Positions 18,167 through 26,791 of a stretch of 45,197 bases of DNA are shown here, piece by piece. The position numbers and the translations under genes are program-made. Positions within the stretch are counted from its first letter, which is position 1. Each line of letters starts with the position of its first letter. The notes under the pieces are model-generated. The model was given only the letters and a program-made list of their open reading frames with translations. It was not told the origin of the DNA and ran no database searches. This stretch comes from Alphaproteobacteria bacterium (GTDB taxonomy: Bacteria; Pseudomonadota; Alphaproteobacteria; CAAGCB01; CAG-977): the NCBI GenBank assembly GCA_045587165.1, contig JAZNBT010000066.1:1-45197 (forward strand), given 5' to 3'.

Positions 18167-18892
18167 TCATCCTTTCAACACGTCAACGGCTTCGCGAACG
18201 GTAAAACGATTGTCATAAACCGCCCGTCCGGCGATTACGCCGATAATATTGTTTTTTTCTTCCGCTTTACAAGCCCGAATGTCATCCAGCGAAGAAACCC
18301 CGCCGGAAACGATAACCGGCGTTGACACCGACCGGGCCAGTTGTACTGTAGTCGCCAAATTCGGCCCGGAAAGAACGCCGTCGCGAGCGACATCCGTATA
18401 AATAATCGCGCTGACACCCGCGGATTCAAATTTTTTTGCCAAGTCAACCGCAGTCATTTGAGCCGTTTCCGCCCAACCTTCAACAGCGACAAAGCCGTTT
18501 TTAGCATCAATACCGACGGCGATTTGATTTGGAAATTCCAGACACGCCCGTTTGACAAAATCCGGATCACGTAAGGCGATTGTTCCCAAAATAACCCGTG
18601 AAACGCCTTTTTTCAGCCACATTTCAATCGTTTCAAGGCTGCGTATCCCGCCGCCCAGTTCGATTCTGACATCAACGGCCTTTAAAATTTCCTCGACCGC
18701 CGCCGCATTTACGGGCCGGCCAGCAAAAGCCCCGTCCAAATCGACGAGATGAATCCATTCCGCCCCTTCAGAGGCAAAGGATTCCGCCTGTTTAGCCGGA
18801 TCATCGTTAAAAATCGTAGCTTGATTCATATCGCCCTGTTTCAAACGGACGCATTTTCCTTCTTTTAAATCAATGGCGGGAAGCAAATACAT
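18167..18892 (-). CDS. hisA: ProFAR isomerase
   Basis: PAIDLKEGKCVRL, HLVDLDGA, GGGIR, YTDVARDG and SGGV. Start at the ATG at 18892. Confidence 0.96.
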   Translation of the reverse strand: MYLLPAIDLKEGKCVRLKQGDMNQATIFNDDPAKQAESFASEGAEWIHLVDLDGAFAGRPVNAAAVEEILKAVDVRIELGGGIRSLETIEMWLKKGVSRVILGTIALRDPDFVKRACLEFPNQIAVGIDAKNGFVAVEGWAETAQMTAVDLAKKFESAGVSAIIYTDVARDGVLSGPNLATTVQLARSVSTPVIVSGGVSSLDDIRACKAEEKNNIIGVIAGRAVYDNRFTVREAVDVLKG

Positions 18893-18965
18893 GATAAAAC
18901 TAAAACCTTTTTTAATGTTTTTCTGCTTATGTAAGATAGACTGAATCAATATACAAAGGTATCTG

Positions 18966-21080
18966 ATGAATTTGAAACGTTTTTTCTTTATTTTACCGAT
19001 ATTATGTTTGTTTCAGATGCCTTCTGCCGCTTTCGGCAAGACGGACACGACGATCGTCATCGACGAAACGGAGGCGACGCCCGTATATGATTCGGCGGCA
19101 AGCGAACTTGCGCAAAATTTATTTACCTTTGACCCGAAACTGGCTCCGATCAAGCTGGAATTCGTGGATTTCAAAATCAATCGCAACAGGACGGCCGACG
19201 AATGGGGAAAGGATATCGGACGATATAATTTCAAATTATTCGGCTGTAAAAGAGCGGAAAAAAACGTCGTTTTAAATGAAGGACGCGCCATGCGCCGCGA
19301 CATGAAATTCGACAATGTCTTTTTCGAAGAAATGAACGAATTGTTCCCTGTCATCGTGCGCAAAGATAATCCTTATTTCCCGTATTCCATCAGTGCCGAA
19401 CGGCCGGATTTACTGCCAGGATATGTTATCACGGCAGAAATCAAAGATCTGTTTATCAATGTTTGCGACCAATATGACTGGCGGACGCGTACTTATTCCC
19501 ATTTGCGCAGCGGATCCGCTGAAATTCAGGTTTTATGGCGCGTTATGACGCCGTTCAACCGCAAACTGTACTGGGAAGACGTCACCCGCGGCTATGCCGA
19601 AATTCAAACACCGGTCCGCGACGGCGAAGTCCGCTTGATCGAAAAAGCGTTCGGCGACGCTTTGGTACGCGTTATAGGTATGCCGGGTTTTTTACAAACC
19701 ATGCGCAAAATTCCCGATCCGAACGAATTGGAAAAGGCTAAAGCCGATTTCGAAGCGTTGGCGTACGAACACAAAAAATATAAAAAGCTGAAATCCTCTT
19801 ATCGGCGAAAACGTATGATCTTTTACAACGAGCGCGAACGTGAAAGAACGCTGAATGATCTGGAAAAAATCATGGGCGGCGATCGGAATTTGGCCGAAGG
19901 ACTTGAAAAGGGTCTCGGAGCGCTTCATACAATGGAAGAATTGGAACGATTGCTTGCCGAAGGAAAGACACTCACTCCCGAACAATTGGAACAATTAGAA
20001 CAAGCGCGTCGCGAATTGGCCCGGCAAACCGAAAAAAGTTTGAAAACAGGTGAAAACCGCGGTTTAAGCGATTCTATGGAATCCGGCGCCATGGACGAAC
20101 GCGGTTTGGGCGATTCCATGGGATCCGGAATTCTGGCTCGCGGTCTGGGTGATTCCATGGAATCAGGTTCTATGGACGGACGCGGTCTGGGTGATTCCAT
20201 GGGATCCGGAATTCTGGCTCGCGGTTTGAAAGACAAAGATGACGGACAAGGATTTTACGCCCGTTTGTTGAAAGAACCTCCCTTGGAAAGAGGGTTGTTC
20301 GGACGTATGTTGCCGGTTATTCCTTTAGCTCGTTTTTTGGAAGGATATGACCTCTCCTCCGCTTTGGAAAGAGAAGACAACAAACTGGGATTTGTCGTAT
20401 CCCCCGTTGACGGCTGGATAACGATTGATAATCAAAAACCTTTCCGTTACCTTTCGCCGATCCGTTTATACCGTATCCGGTCCAGCGTTGTTGCCGTAAC
20501 GAATGAAGAAGAAGTCGGATCCGGTCTTGTTATTTCGCCGTCGTTGATTTTGACGAATTACGAAATCGCTAAAAAAACGACCTTCGTTAAGACGGAATTT
20601 TTAGACGGACGCGTTGCGCGTTCCATGGTATTGCGTGTCAACAAAGACAAAGATGTCGCATTGTTATATATGTCGCCGTCCGAATTCGACCGATATAACT
20701 GGCCTATTCCCCTGCGGCTCGATTTACCCGACGTCGGCGAACCGTTCTATGCCATCGGAACCCCCATGCGCGGCGGTTTTGAAGGCGCCATGGAAAAAGG
20801 CAAAGTCGCCGGATACCGTTTCAGCGATACAGGTGTTGACATATTAACCAATACAAATGTTCAAAGCGTTTCTTTGGGCGGTATTTTGGTGGATGAAAAC
20901 GGCAACGCGATCGGGTTAGCTCACGCAGGTAAAAGCCTGATCGAAAGCCGCGACGGATTTATTCCGATAGGCGATGCTTTTGATACTTTAAAAGTCCGTA
21001 TTCGCGATCGCGATATGGATGAAACGCCGACTCAAAAAGCCCGTCGGTTACGCAAAATGCGTGAAAATTACATTAAATAG
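18966..21080 (+). CDS. Secreted multidomain protein with a C-terminal trypsin-like (S1C/Trypsin_2) domain, catalytic residues degenerate
   Basis: Signal peptide. GSGLVISP..ILTNYEI, KDVALL, VGE..YAIGTP and VQSVSLGGILVDENGNAIG follow the HtrA-type fold but lack the catalytic His and Ser. Confidence 0.75.
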   Translation: MNLKRFFFILPILCLFQMPSAAFGKTDTTIVIDETEATPVYDSAASELAQNLFTFDPKLAPIKLEFVDFKINRNRTADEWGKDIGRYNFKLFGCKRAEKNVVLNEGRAMRRDMKFDNVFFEEMNELFPVIVRKDNPYFPYSISAERPDLLPGYVITAEIKDLFINVCDQYDWRTRTYSHLRSGSAEIQVLWRVMTPFNRKLYWEDVTRGYAEIQTPVRDGEVRLIEKAFGDALVRVIGMPGFLQTMRKIPDPNELEKAKADFEALAYEHKKYKKLKSSYRRKRMIFYNERERERTLNDLEKIMGGDRNLAEGLEKGLGALHTMEELERLLAEGKTLTPEQLEQLEQARRELARQTEKSLKTGENRGLSDSMESGAMDERGLGDSMGSGILARGLGDSMESGSMDGRGLGDSMGSGILARGLKDKDDGQGFYARLLKEPPLERGLFGRMLPVIPLARFLEGYDLSSALEREDNKLGFVVSPVDGWITIDNQKPFRYLSPIRLYRIRSSVVAVTNEEEVGSGLVISPSLILTNYEIAKKTTFVKTEFLDGRVARSMVLRVNKDKDVALLYMSPSEFDRYNWPIPLRLDLPDVGEPFYAIGTPMRGGFEGAMEKGKVAGYRFSDTGVDILTNTNVQSVSLGGILVDENGNAIGLAHAGKSLIESRDGFIPIGDAFDTLKVRIRDRDMDETPTQKARRLRKMRENYIK
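20058..20228 (+). repeat. Intragenic tandem repeat (42+39 bp subunits; 81-bp unit x2)
   Basis: RGLSDSMESGAMDE / RGLGDSMGSGILA / RGLGDSMESGSMDG / RGLGDSMGSGILA / RGL. Confidence 0.9.
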
Positions 21081-21717
21081 TCGTGTCGGAACAAACCAAA
21101 CGATATCCTTCGCCGTTACCGGTTAAAAAGGAAATGCCCGTCGTTTCCAATTTTTGGCGCAAACGATAAATATGCGTTTCCAGCGTGTGGGTTGTAATTC
21201 CGTTACCGTATCCCCAAATTTCACGCAGTAACGTTTCCTTATCAACCGGTTCGTCACGACCGTAAAGGTAATTCAAAATCGCCGCTTCTTTTTCCGTCAA
21301 TTTAATTTCCGTATTTTTATAACTCAGCGTTTTTCCGGCAAAATTAAATTTCCAACACCCTAAAGTAATTGAAGCGTTTTCGCTTTGTTCAAATTGAGCG
21401 ATTGCCGCAATTAATGCCGTCAAAAAAACGGACAAACGGATCGGTTTTTGAAAAATTTGAACATCCGTCGCATCAAAAGGCAGTGTCGTTAAATAAAAAA
21501 ACGGCGTATTGTTTTTAACAGCGGATAACAATTGATGTTGCTCCAGCGTCGGATCATCCGCAATCAGTGCGGAAAAAGATTCACTTTGAATGAAACGGAT
21601 CGCTTCGTCAAAAGAGGCCGTCTCGACAACTTCCTGAGCAATATCCAACACACGGATTTCACCGGCTAACGCCTGGCGCGGTTTTTCACGGGACGAACAA
21701 ATTAAAATCTGACGCAT
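21073..21717 (-). CDS. OmpR/PhoB-family transcription regulator with an atypical receiver domain
   Basis: Winged helix LTEKEAAIL..LLREIWGY..THTLETHIYRLRQKL. The receiver is shortened and has SS in place of the acidic pair. Confidence 0.88.
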   Translation of the reverse strand: MRQILICSSREKPRQALAGEIRVLDIAQEVVETASFDEAIRFIQSESFSALIADDPTLEQHQLLSAVKNNTPFFYLTTLPFDATDVQIFQKPIRLSVFLTALIAAIAQFEQSENASITLGCWKFNFAGKTLSYKNTEIKLTEKEAAILNYLYGRDEPVDKETLLREIWGYGNGITTHTLETHIYRLRQKLETTGISFLTGNGEGYRLVCSDTTI

Positions 21718-21782
21718 CTTTTCCTCCGAAGCAACAAAGAAATATCATAAAAGAGCTTTTTCTTTTTTCAAATAAAAATACT

Positions 21783-21798
21783 TGGCATATCTTTTGCA
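21783..21798 (+). promoter_or_regulatory. sigma54 (RpoN) -24/-12 promoter
   Basis: TGGCAT-atctt-TTGCA with exact GG-N10-GC spacing, 23 bp upstream of the ATG at 21822, which has an AAGGGAGG RBS. Confidence 0.75.
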
Positions 21799-21821
21799 TA
21801 AAAACAGGAAAACAAGGGAGG

Positions 21822-22757
21822 ATGAACATGTTAAATACGGAATTTACTGTTGATATGGCTGTTTGGCAGGACGGCGTAACTTTTCAATCCGCATTGGCAT
21901 CCAAACCGGCAGGAACATTTGAACTGCCGCGTACGATACGCAAAAACCCGTTTTCGCAAACATTGAACGATAAAACGGAAACAACACCCGTCGCCCATAC
22001 GGCGCAAGAGCCGGTTAGCGTTAAACCGACGGTCGAAAGTCGGATTCAGACACCCGTCCTTTTAACCGCACAGGAACAAAGCATACAAAATCCGGTAAAT
22101 CTTTCCGCAAAGATACCGGAAATCCCCGCCTCCTTAAAAGATGTCGAAGACTTAACCCCCTTTATCGTCAGCGCAAACACGACCAAACCGGGCAGCCGTT
22201 TAAACGAACAACTGGAAAGAACGACCTTTTCCCAAAAACCGAAATCCTTAGTCGGCAAGGAATCTCCTTATAATCTGTCCGACGAAAAAGTTAAGGCCCG
22301 AGAAACGGCCAAAACGGCGCGCACGCTGAAAGGCCCCGGCAACGCCAAAGTTTTTTCGATGGATACGGTAACGCGATACAACAACAATCAAACGAAATTC
22401 GGTGTCGCCCAACCGTTGACGGTCAGCGCTTCGGATCAGGCGAAACAACTGCGTATTGAACAAATGAAACAACAGGCCAAAGCCAAAACAATTAATGAAA
22501 CAAATACGTCTTTGGCGCAAAAATCAACGACTTCCAAACCGCCCGTAGATATCGAAGCCATTCGTTCCCAAGTCAGTACGGAAGGCTTCGGCTATAAACG
22601 CGACAACCTGCCGATCGGATCATCGGAAAAGACATCCGCCGCCGCCGCATGGTTTCCCGAAGCGATGACCCGCCAGCTTGACGCCTACGAAGCGGCACGA
22701 AAAGTCGCTCAACACGGTGTTACGTCCGAAACGGCAAAAACGAATTTAAACGTATAA
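21822..22757 (+). CDS. Hypothetical protein (T/K/Q/P-rich, conserved-looking C-terminal WFPEAM..QLDAYE helix)
   Basis: Long ORF with a strong RBS, its own promoter and its own terminator. Confidence 0.75.
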   Translation: MNMLNTEFTVDMAVWQDGVTFQSALASKPAGTFELPRTIRKNPFSQTLNDKTETTPVAHTAQEPVSVKPTVESRIQTPVLLTAQEQSIQNPVNLSAKIPEIPASLKDVEDLTPFIVSANTTKPGSRLNEQLERTTFSQKPKSLVGKESPYNLSDEKVKARETAKTARTLKGPGNAKVFSMDTVTRYNNNQTKFGVAQPLTVSASDQAKQLRIEQMKQQAKAKTINETNTSLAQKSTTSKPPVDIEAIRSQVSTEGFGYKRDNLPIGSSEKTSAAAAWFPEAMTRQLDAYEAARKVAQHGVTSETAKTNLNV

Positions 22758-22776
22758 TCTTTTAAATGTTTTCGGT

Positions 22777-22817
22777 AATAAAAAAACCCCTCCGTATTAA
22801 ACAGAGGGGTTTTATTT
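22777..22817. terminator. Bidirectional terminator
   Basis: aaaacccctc...gaggggtttt with A and T flanks, between convergent genes. Confidence 0.8.
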
Positions 22818-22826
22818 CGTCATAAA

Positions 22827-23048
22827 TTATTTCTGCGATTCTTCAGCGTTGAATTTAATCCATTTTTCATCCGCTTCGTCTTCGGTGGTGATAGCACCCT
22901 GCGGGCATTCGGAAATGCAAACGCCGCAATCGATGCAGGTATCAGGATTGATAACAACCTGAGAATCCACTTCAACGAATGCGCCGACCGGGCAAACATC
23001 TACGCAGGTCAGGCATTTTACGCAGGAATCATTAACAACAGAAGCCAT
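22827..23048 (-). CDS. fdxA: Dicluster ferredoxin (FdxA-like)
   Basis: CVKCLTCVDVCP and CIDCGVCISECP with an FdI-like tail (EDE..WIKFNAE). GAGGAG RBS before the ATG at 23048. Confidence 0.9.
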   Translation of the reverse strand: MASVVNDSCVKCLTCVDVCPVGAFVEVDSQVVINPDTCIDCGVCISECPQGAITTEDEADEKWIKFNAEESQK

Positions 23049-23197
23049 ATTGAATCTCCTCAAAACTAGTTTTGTATGACGTAAAAAAATAATAAACGCT
23101 TTTCAAGGATTTTCAACATTTAATCTTCAATAAAAAAGTTTTTTCAGTAGAATGTGCTGTGAAATCTTTGACGATAAAAAAACGGATGACGAAAAAA

Positions 23198-23830
23198 ATG
23201 GCAAAAGAAATAAATCCGCAGGAAACGGCCAGAGCTAAAGCGTTTGAACTTTGGATGAACGCTCCGAATCCGATGGTGACGTTTTTTAAAACGATGGATG
23301 TGACGAATTTAGTCAAAATCAGCGAAAAAAAGCGCTTAAAATTCAATATGCTTTTTGACTGGTGTATCGGAAAAGCGGCCGCCGGCGTAAAGGAATTTTA
23401 TATTTTGCCCGTTGGCGGTAAGCTGATGCAATATGATAAAATTGCCGTGAACACAATCGTTAAAAATAAAAACGGAGAAGTTAATTCTTGCGATATTTCA
23501 TATTCAAGCGATTTGGAAACGTTTAACGGAGAATATTTGAAATACACTTCTTTGATCGCAAGCAGTTGTCAAGACAGGGATTTATCCGCCGACAGCATGG
23601 TTATAGGTACATCGGCAATCGTCGATACGGAAATAGACGGGGCGGTCGGTATGAACAGCGGTATTTTCAATAATCCGTTTTTGATTTGGGGACGATATAA
23701 AAAAAGGTTTTTCCGATATTATTTATCAATCTCGTTTCAGTTTCATCATACGCAAATGGACGGAGCTCACGCCGGTCTTTTCCTTGCGAATTTGCAAAAA
23801 GAGATTAACGGTTTAAAACTTCCCTTTTAA
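23198..23830 (+). CDS. CatA-like O-acetyltransferase (chloramphenicol acetyltransferase fold)
   Basis: RAKAFELW..P, a C-terminal P...WGRY, and the catalytic FHHTQMDGAH (HHxxxDG) motif. Confidence 0.85.
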   Translation: MAKEINPQETARAKAFELWMNAPNPMVTFFKTMDVTNLVKISEKKRLKFNMLFDWCIGKAAAGVKEFYILPVGGKLMQYDKIAVNTIVKNKNGEVNSCDISYSSDLETFNGEYLKYTSLIASSCQDRDLSADSMVIGTSAIVDTEIDGAVGMNSGIFNNPFLIWGRYKKRFFRYYLSISFQFHHTQMDGAHAGLFLANLQKEINGLKLPF

Positions 23831-24187
23831 TCGATTCAGCGCGCGGCGGTCGCGTTTGGTCGGACGACCTGAACCGGCTTCGCGATATTCAAACGCTTTT
23901 TTCGGCTGAGGGGCGATATTTTCCGTTTCTTTCGTCTGCTCGTAAAGTGTTCGGGCAATCGGCGCGCCGACTCTTTTTTCAACAAAGCCCGTCACGCGGA
24001 CAAAAAAGCGCATCGTGCCGCGCAAAATTTCCAATTCGTCGCCGATTTTGATATCGCGACTGCATTTCAGGACTTTTTCATCGTTGACGGCGACATGACC
24101 CCCGACGATCATCTCCTGAGCCGTCGCGCGGGTTTTTGCAAAACGCGTAAAATAAAGCCACTTGTCGATTCGCTGAGAATCGATCAT
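23813..24187 (-). CDS. hslR: S4-domain RNA-binding protein (Hsp15/HslR)
   Basis: RIDKWLYFTRFAKTR, A..LYE and GRPTKRDRR. Confidence 0.92.
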   Translation of the reverse strand: MIDSQRIDKWLYFTRFAKTRATAQEMIVGGHVAVNDEKVLKCSRDIKIGDELEILRGTMRFFVRVTGFVEKRVGAPIARTLYEQTKETENIAPQPKKAFEYREAGSGRPTKRDRRALNRLKGKF

Positions 24188-26712
24188 TTCTTTTTCAACG
24201 CCGCCAAGGCCGCAAACGGCGAAGTCATATCGATCGGCTCGGCTTTCGGTTCGGCTTTGCGTTTTTTGAATTTCGGCTGGATCATCAGAATTTCAGTTTC
24301 CTTTGTTTCTTCACCGACCGTTGTCGTTTGTTTTTCCTTTGTGACTTTAAAACCCAAAAATCCGAATACTTCTTCGGCTTCGTCACGTTTTAATCCGGCA
24401 ATCGACAGTAATTCCAACGGCAAAACCTGCGGTTTTCCTTTGTCCTGACGGGTAATTTCACGCAACTTTGCGGTAAAGCGTTCCATTACGTCCACACGGA
24501 TTGCCCGCGTGCCGGCCAAAACATATCCCTGAACCAGATAAAGCGCCCGCGGTACGCCGCGTTCGACGGCGAACGACATTTTTCCGTCAACGGCGAAACC
24601 CGTCGCGTATTGCGTTTTATCGAACCAGACTTTCCATAAAACAGCGCAAACGCGCTGTGCCGTCGGCTTCAACAACATCGGGAAAAACAAATAATCGTGA
24701 CCCAAGCGCATACCGCATTTTGCCAGAACTTTTTTATCCGTTTCGTTCAGACCTTTGATTAAATCGAATACTTTTTCACGCGGCATCGTGCCTAATTGTT
24801 CGGCAACCTGCCATAAAATCCCGCGCGCCGATCCCGAAGCGTTTTCTTCGTCCAACGTGCGCAAGGCCGTAAACAACGGCGCGATCTTGTTTGCCAGATA
24901 AACTTCAAGCCAAACGTTCAAACGTGCCTTCACCTGTTCCAAAGCGGCCTGATCAATCGTTTCATAAGCGCTGACGGTAACGGTCGGATGTAACATATCG
25001 CGTCCTTTAACGATTTTTCCGATCGACTGTCCGCGCCATAAAACCGTTGCGTCGTTTTCCAATGTAAAGGCATCATCCGCCGCCGCCGCGATCGCGGCCG
25101 TCCGGTTTTGAAATTCCGCCTGCAAAGCCTTTTCCGCCGCAGAAATCAATACACGATCGGCAAACTTTCCGGATCCCGTAATCGGGGCGAAACGCAGCCC
25201 TTCCATTTTTCCGACAGACTGTCCTTCGACTTCGACCGATCCGTCCTCTTCAATTTTTGTAAACAATTCTACCTGTGTTTTCATACCTTTTACCAAAACA
25301 GATGTGCGCTTATCCACAAACCGTTGAGCCAGTTTCTGATGCAACGCATCCGACAATCTGTCTTCAACGGTTCTTGTCATGTCCCGCCAGTACGCCGACC
25401 GACCGATCCACTCTTTTCTTTGAGCAATATACGTCCAAATTCTGATTCCTGCAATACGTCCCGTAATAACATCGATATCTCCGTTCGTATTATCCAACAT
25501 TTTAACTTGTTTTTCGAACCAGTCTTGCGGCAATTCCCCTTTATCCAACATCAACCGATAAAGTTGGAGCAACAATCGTGCGTGAGCTTCGGGCGTTACC
25601 TTGCGAAAATCTGGAATTTGGCAAATATCCCACAACAACCTGACGCGTGAAGGGTGATTTGTCAGCCTGACGATACCCGCGTCTCGAGCTAAAATTTCCA
25701 ACACCTGCTGATCTTCCGCTTTGCGCGCGCCGGTCAAGCCGGACAAAGACGGCCGGACATTCAAGCTGTAAATCAGAGAATCCAAAGACGCCGTTTTTAA
25801 ATCCGGATTACGCCAAAACAAATAAGACAAAACTTCGAACCTGTGTTCTTCGATCCGGTCGATGACGTCCTGCGTCAAAGCGGACGCTTCGGCCGCCGCA
25901 CCGAACGTTCCGTCTTTCATGTAGCGACCGGCTCTGCCCGCGATCTGCGCCAGCTCCGCAGCGGATAAAGCTCGCATTTTTTGTCCGTCGAATTTACGCA
26001 AAGACGTAAAGCAGACATGATTTATATCCATATTCAGTCCCATACCGATGGCATCGGTTGCGACCAAATAATCAACTTCGCCCGATTGAAACATATCAAC
26101 CTGCGCGTTTCGCGTGCGGGGACTTAAAGCCCCCATAACAACCGCCGCGCCGCCCTTTTGCCTGCGAATTAATTCCGCCAAAGCATACACATCCTGCACC
26201 GAAAAACCGATAATCGCCGAACGCGGCGGCAAACGGGTAATCTTTTTTATTCCCGTATAGCTCAACTTTGAAAATCTGGGACGCGTTTCTATTTCGATTT
26301 CAGGTATCAGCTGTTTTAACAACGGCTTGACGGTTTCAGCCCCCAAAAACATCGTTTCCCGTTTTCCGCGGGCATATAAAAGCCGTTCGGTAAAGATATG
26401 GCCGCGTTCCGGATCGGCCGCCATTTGAATTTCATCCACGGCCAAAAAATCGACCGGCTGCTCCAAAGGCATGGCTTCGACCGTACAGATAAAATAAGAC
26501 GGCTTTTCCGGCATGATTTTTTCTTCGCCGGTAATCAAAGCAACAGCTTCCGCCCCTTTTGCGCGGACGATCTTGTCATAATTTTCGCGTGCCAACAATC
26601 GCAAAGGAAAACCGATCATACCGGTTTTATGCGTCAACATTTTTTCCACGGCCAAAAAAGTCTTGCCCGTATTTGTCGGGCCCAGTAAAGCGGTGATTGT
26701 TCCGTCCGTCAT
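24184..26712 (-). CDS. Suv3-like SF2 helicase (alphaproteobacterial MgpS-type)
   Basis: LGPTNTGKT, PLRLLARE, VDEIQ, VATDAIGMGLN, QIAGRAGR and a C-terminal SPFAALAAL. ATGA overlap with hslR. Confidence 0.93.
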   Translation of the reverse strand: MTDGTITALLGPTNTGKTFLAVEKMLTHKTGMIGFPLRLLARENYDKIVRAKGAEAVALITGEEKIMPEKPSYFICTVEAMPLEQPVDFLAVDEIQMAADPERGHIFTERLLYARGKRETMFLGAETVKPLLKQLIPEIEIETRPRFSKLSYTGIKKITRLPPRSAIIGFSVQDVYALAELIRRQKGGAAVVMGALSPRTRNAQVDMFQSGEVDYLVATDAIGMGLNMDINHVCFTSLRKFDGQKMRALSAAELAQIAGRAGRYMKDGTFGAAAEASALTQDVIDRIEEHRFEVLSYLFWRNPDLKTASLDSLIYSLNVRPSLSGLTGARKAEDQQVLEILARDAGIVRLTNHPSRVRLLWDICQIPDFRKVTPEAHARLLLQLYRLMLDKGELPQDWFEKQVKMLDNTNGDIDVITGRIAGIRIWTYIAQRKEWIGRSAYWRDMTRTVEDRLSDALHQKLAQRFVDKRTSVLVKGMKTQVELFTKIEEDGSVEVEGQSVGKMEGLRFAPITGSGKFADRVLISAAEKALQAEFQNRTAAIAAAADDAFTLENDATVLWRGQSIGKIVKGRDMLHPTVTVSAYETIDQAALEQVKARLNVWLEVYLANKIAPLFTALRTLDEENASGSARGILWQVAEQLGTMPREKVFDLIKGLNETDKKVLAKCGMRLGHDYLFFPMLLKPTAQRVCAVLWKVWFDKTQYATGFAVDGKMSFAVERGVPRALYLVQGYVLAGTRAIRVDVMERFTAKLREITRQDKGKPQVLPLELLSIAGLKRDEAEEVFGFLGFKVTKEKQTTTVGEETKETEILMIQPKFKKRKAEPKAEPIDMTSPFAALAALKKK

Positions 26713-26791
26713 CGAAAAAACTTTCAAAAAGGGGTTGAAATTCGGGCTTACATTACTTAATTAAAACTCGTTTGTTAATCTGGAGGTTATA

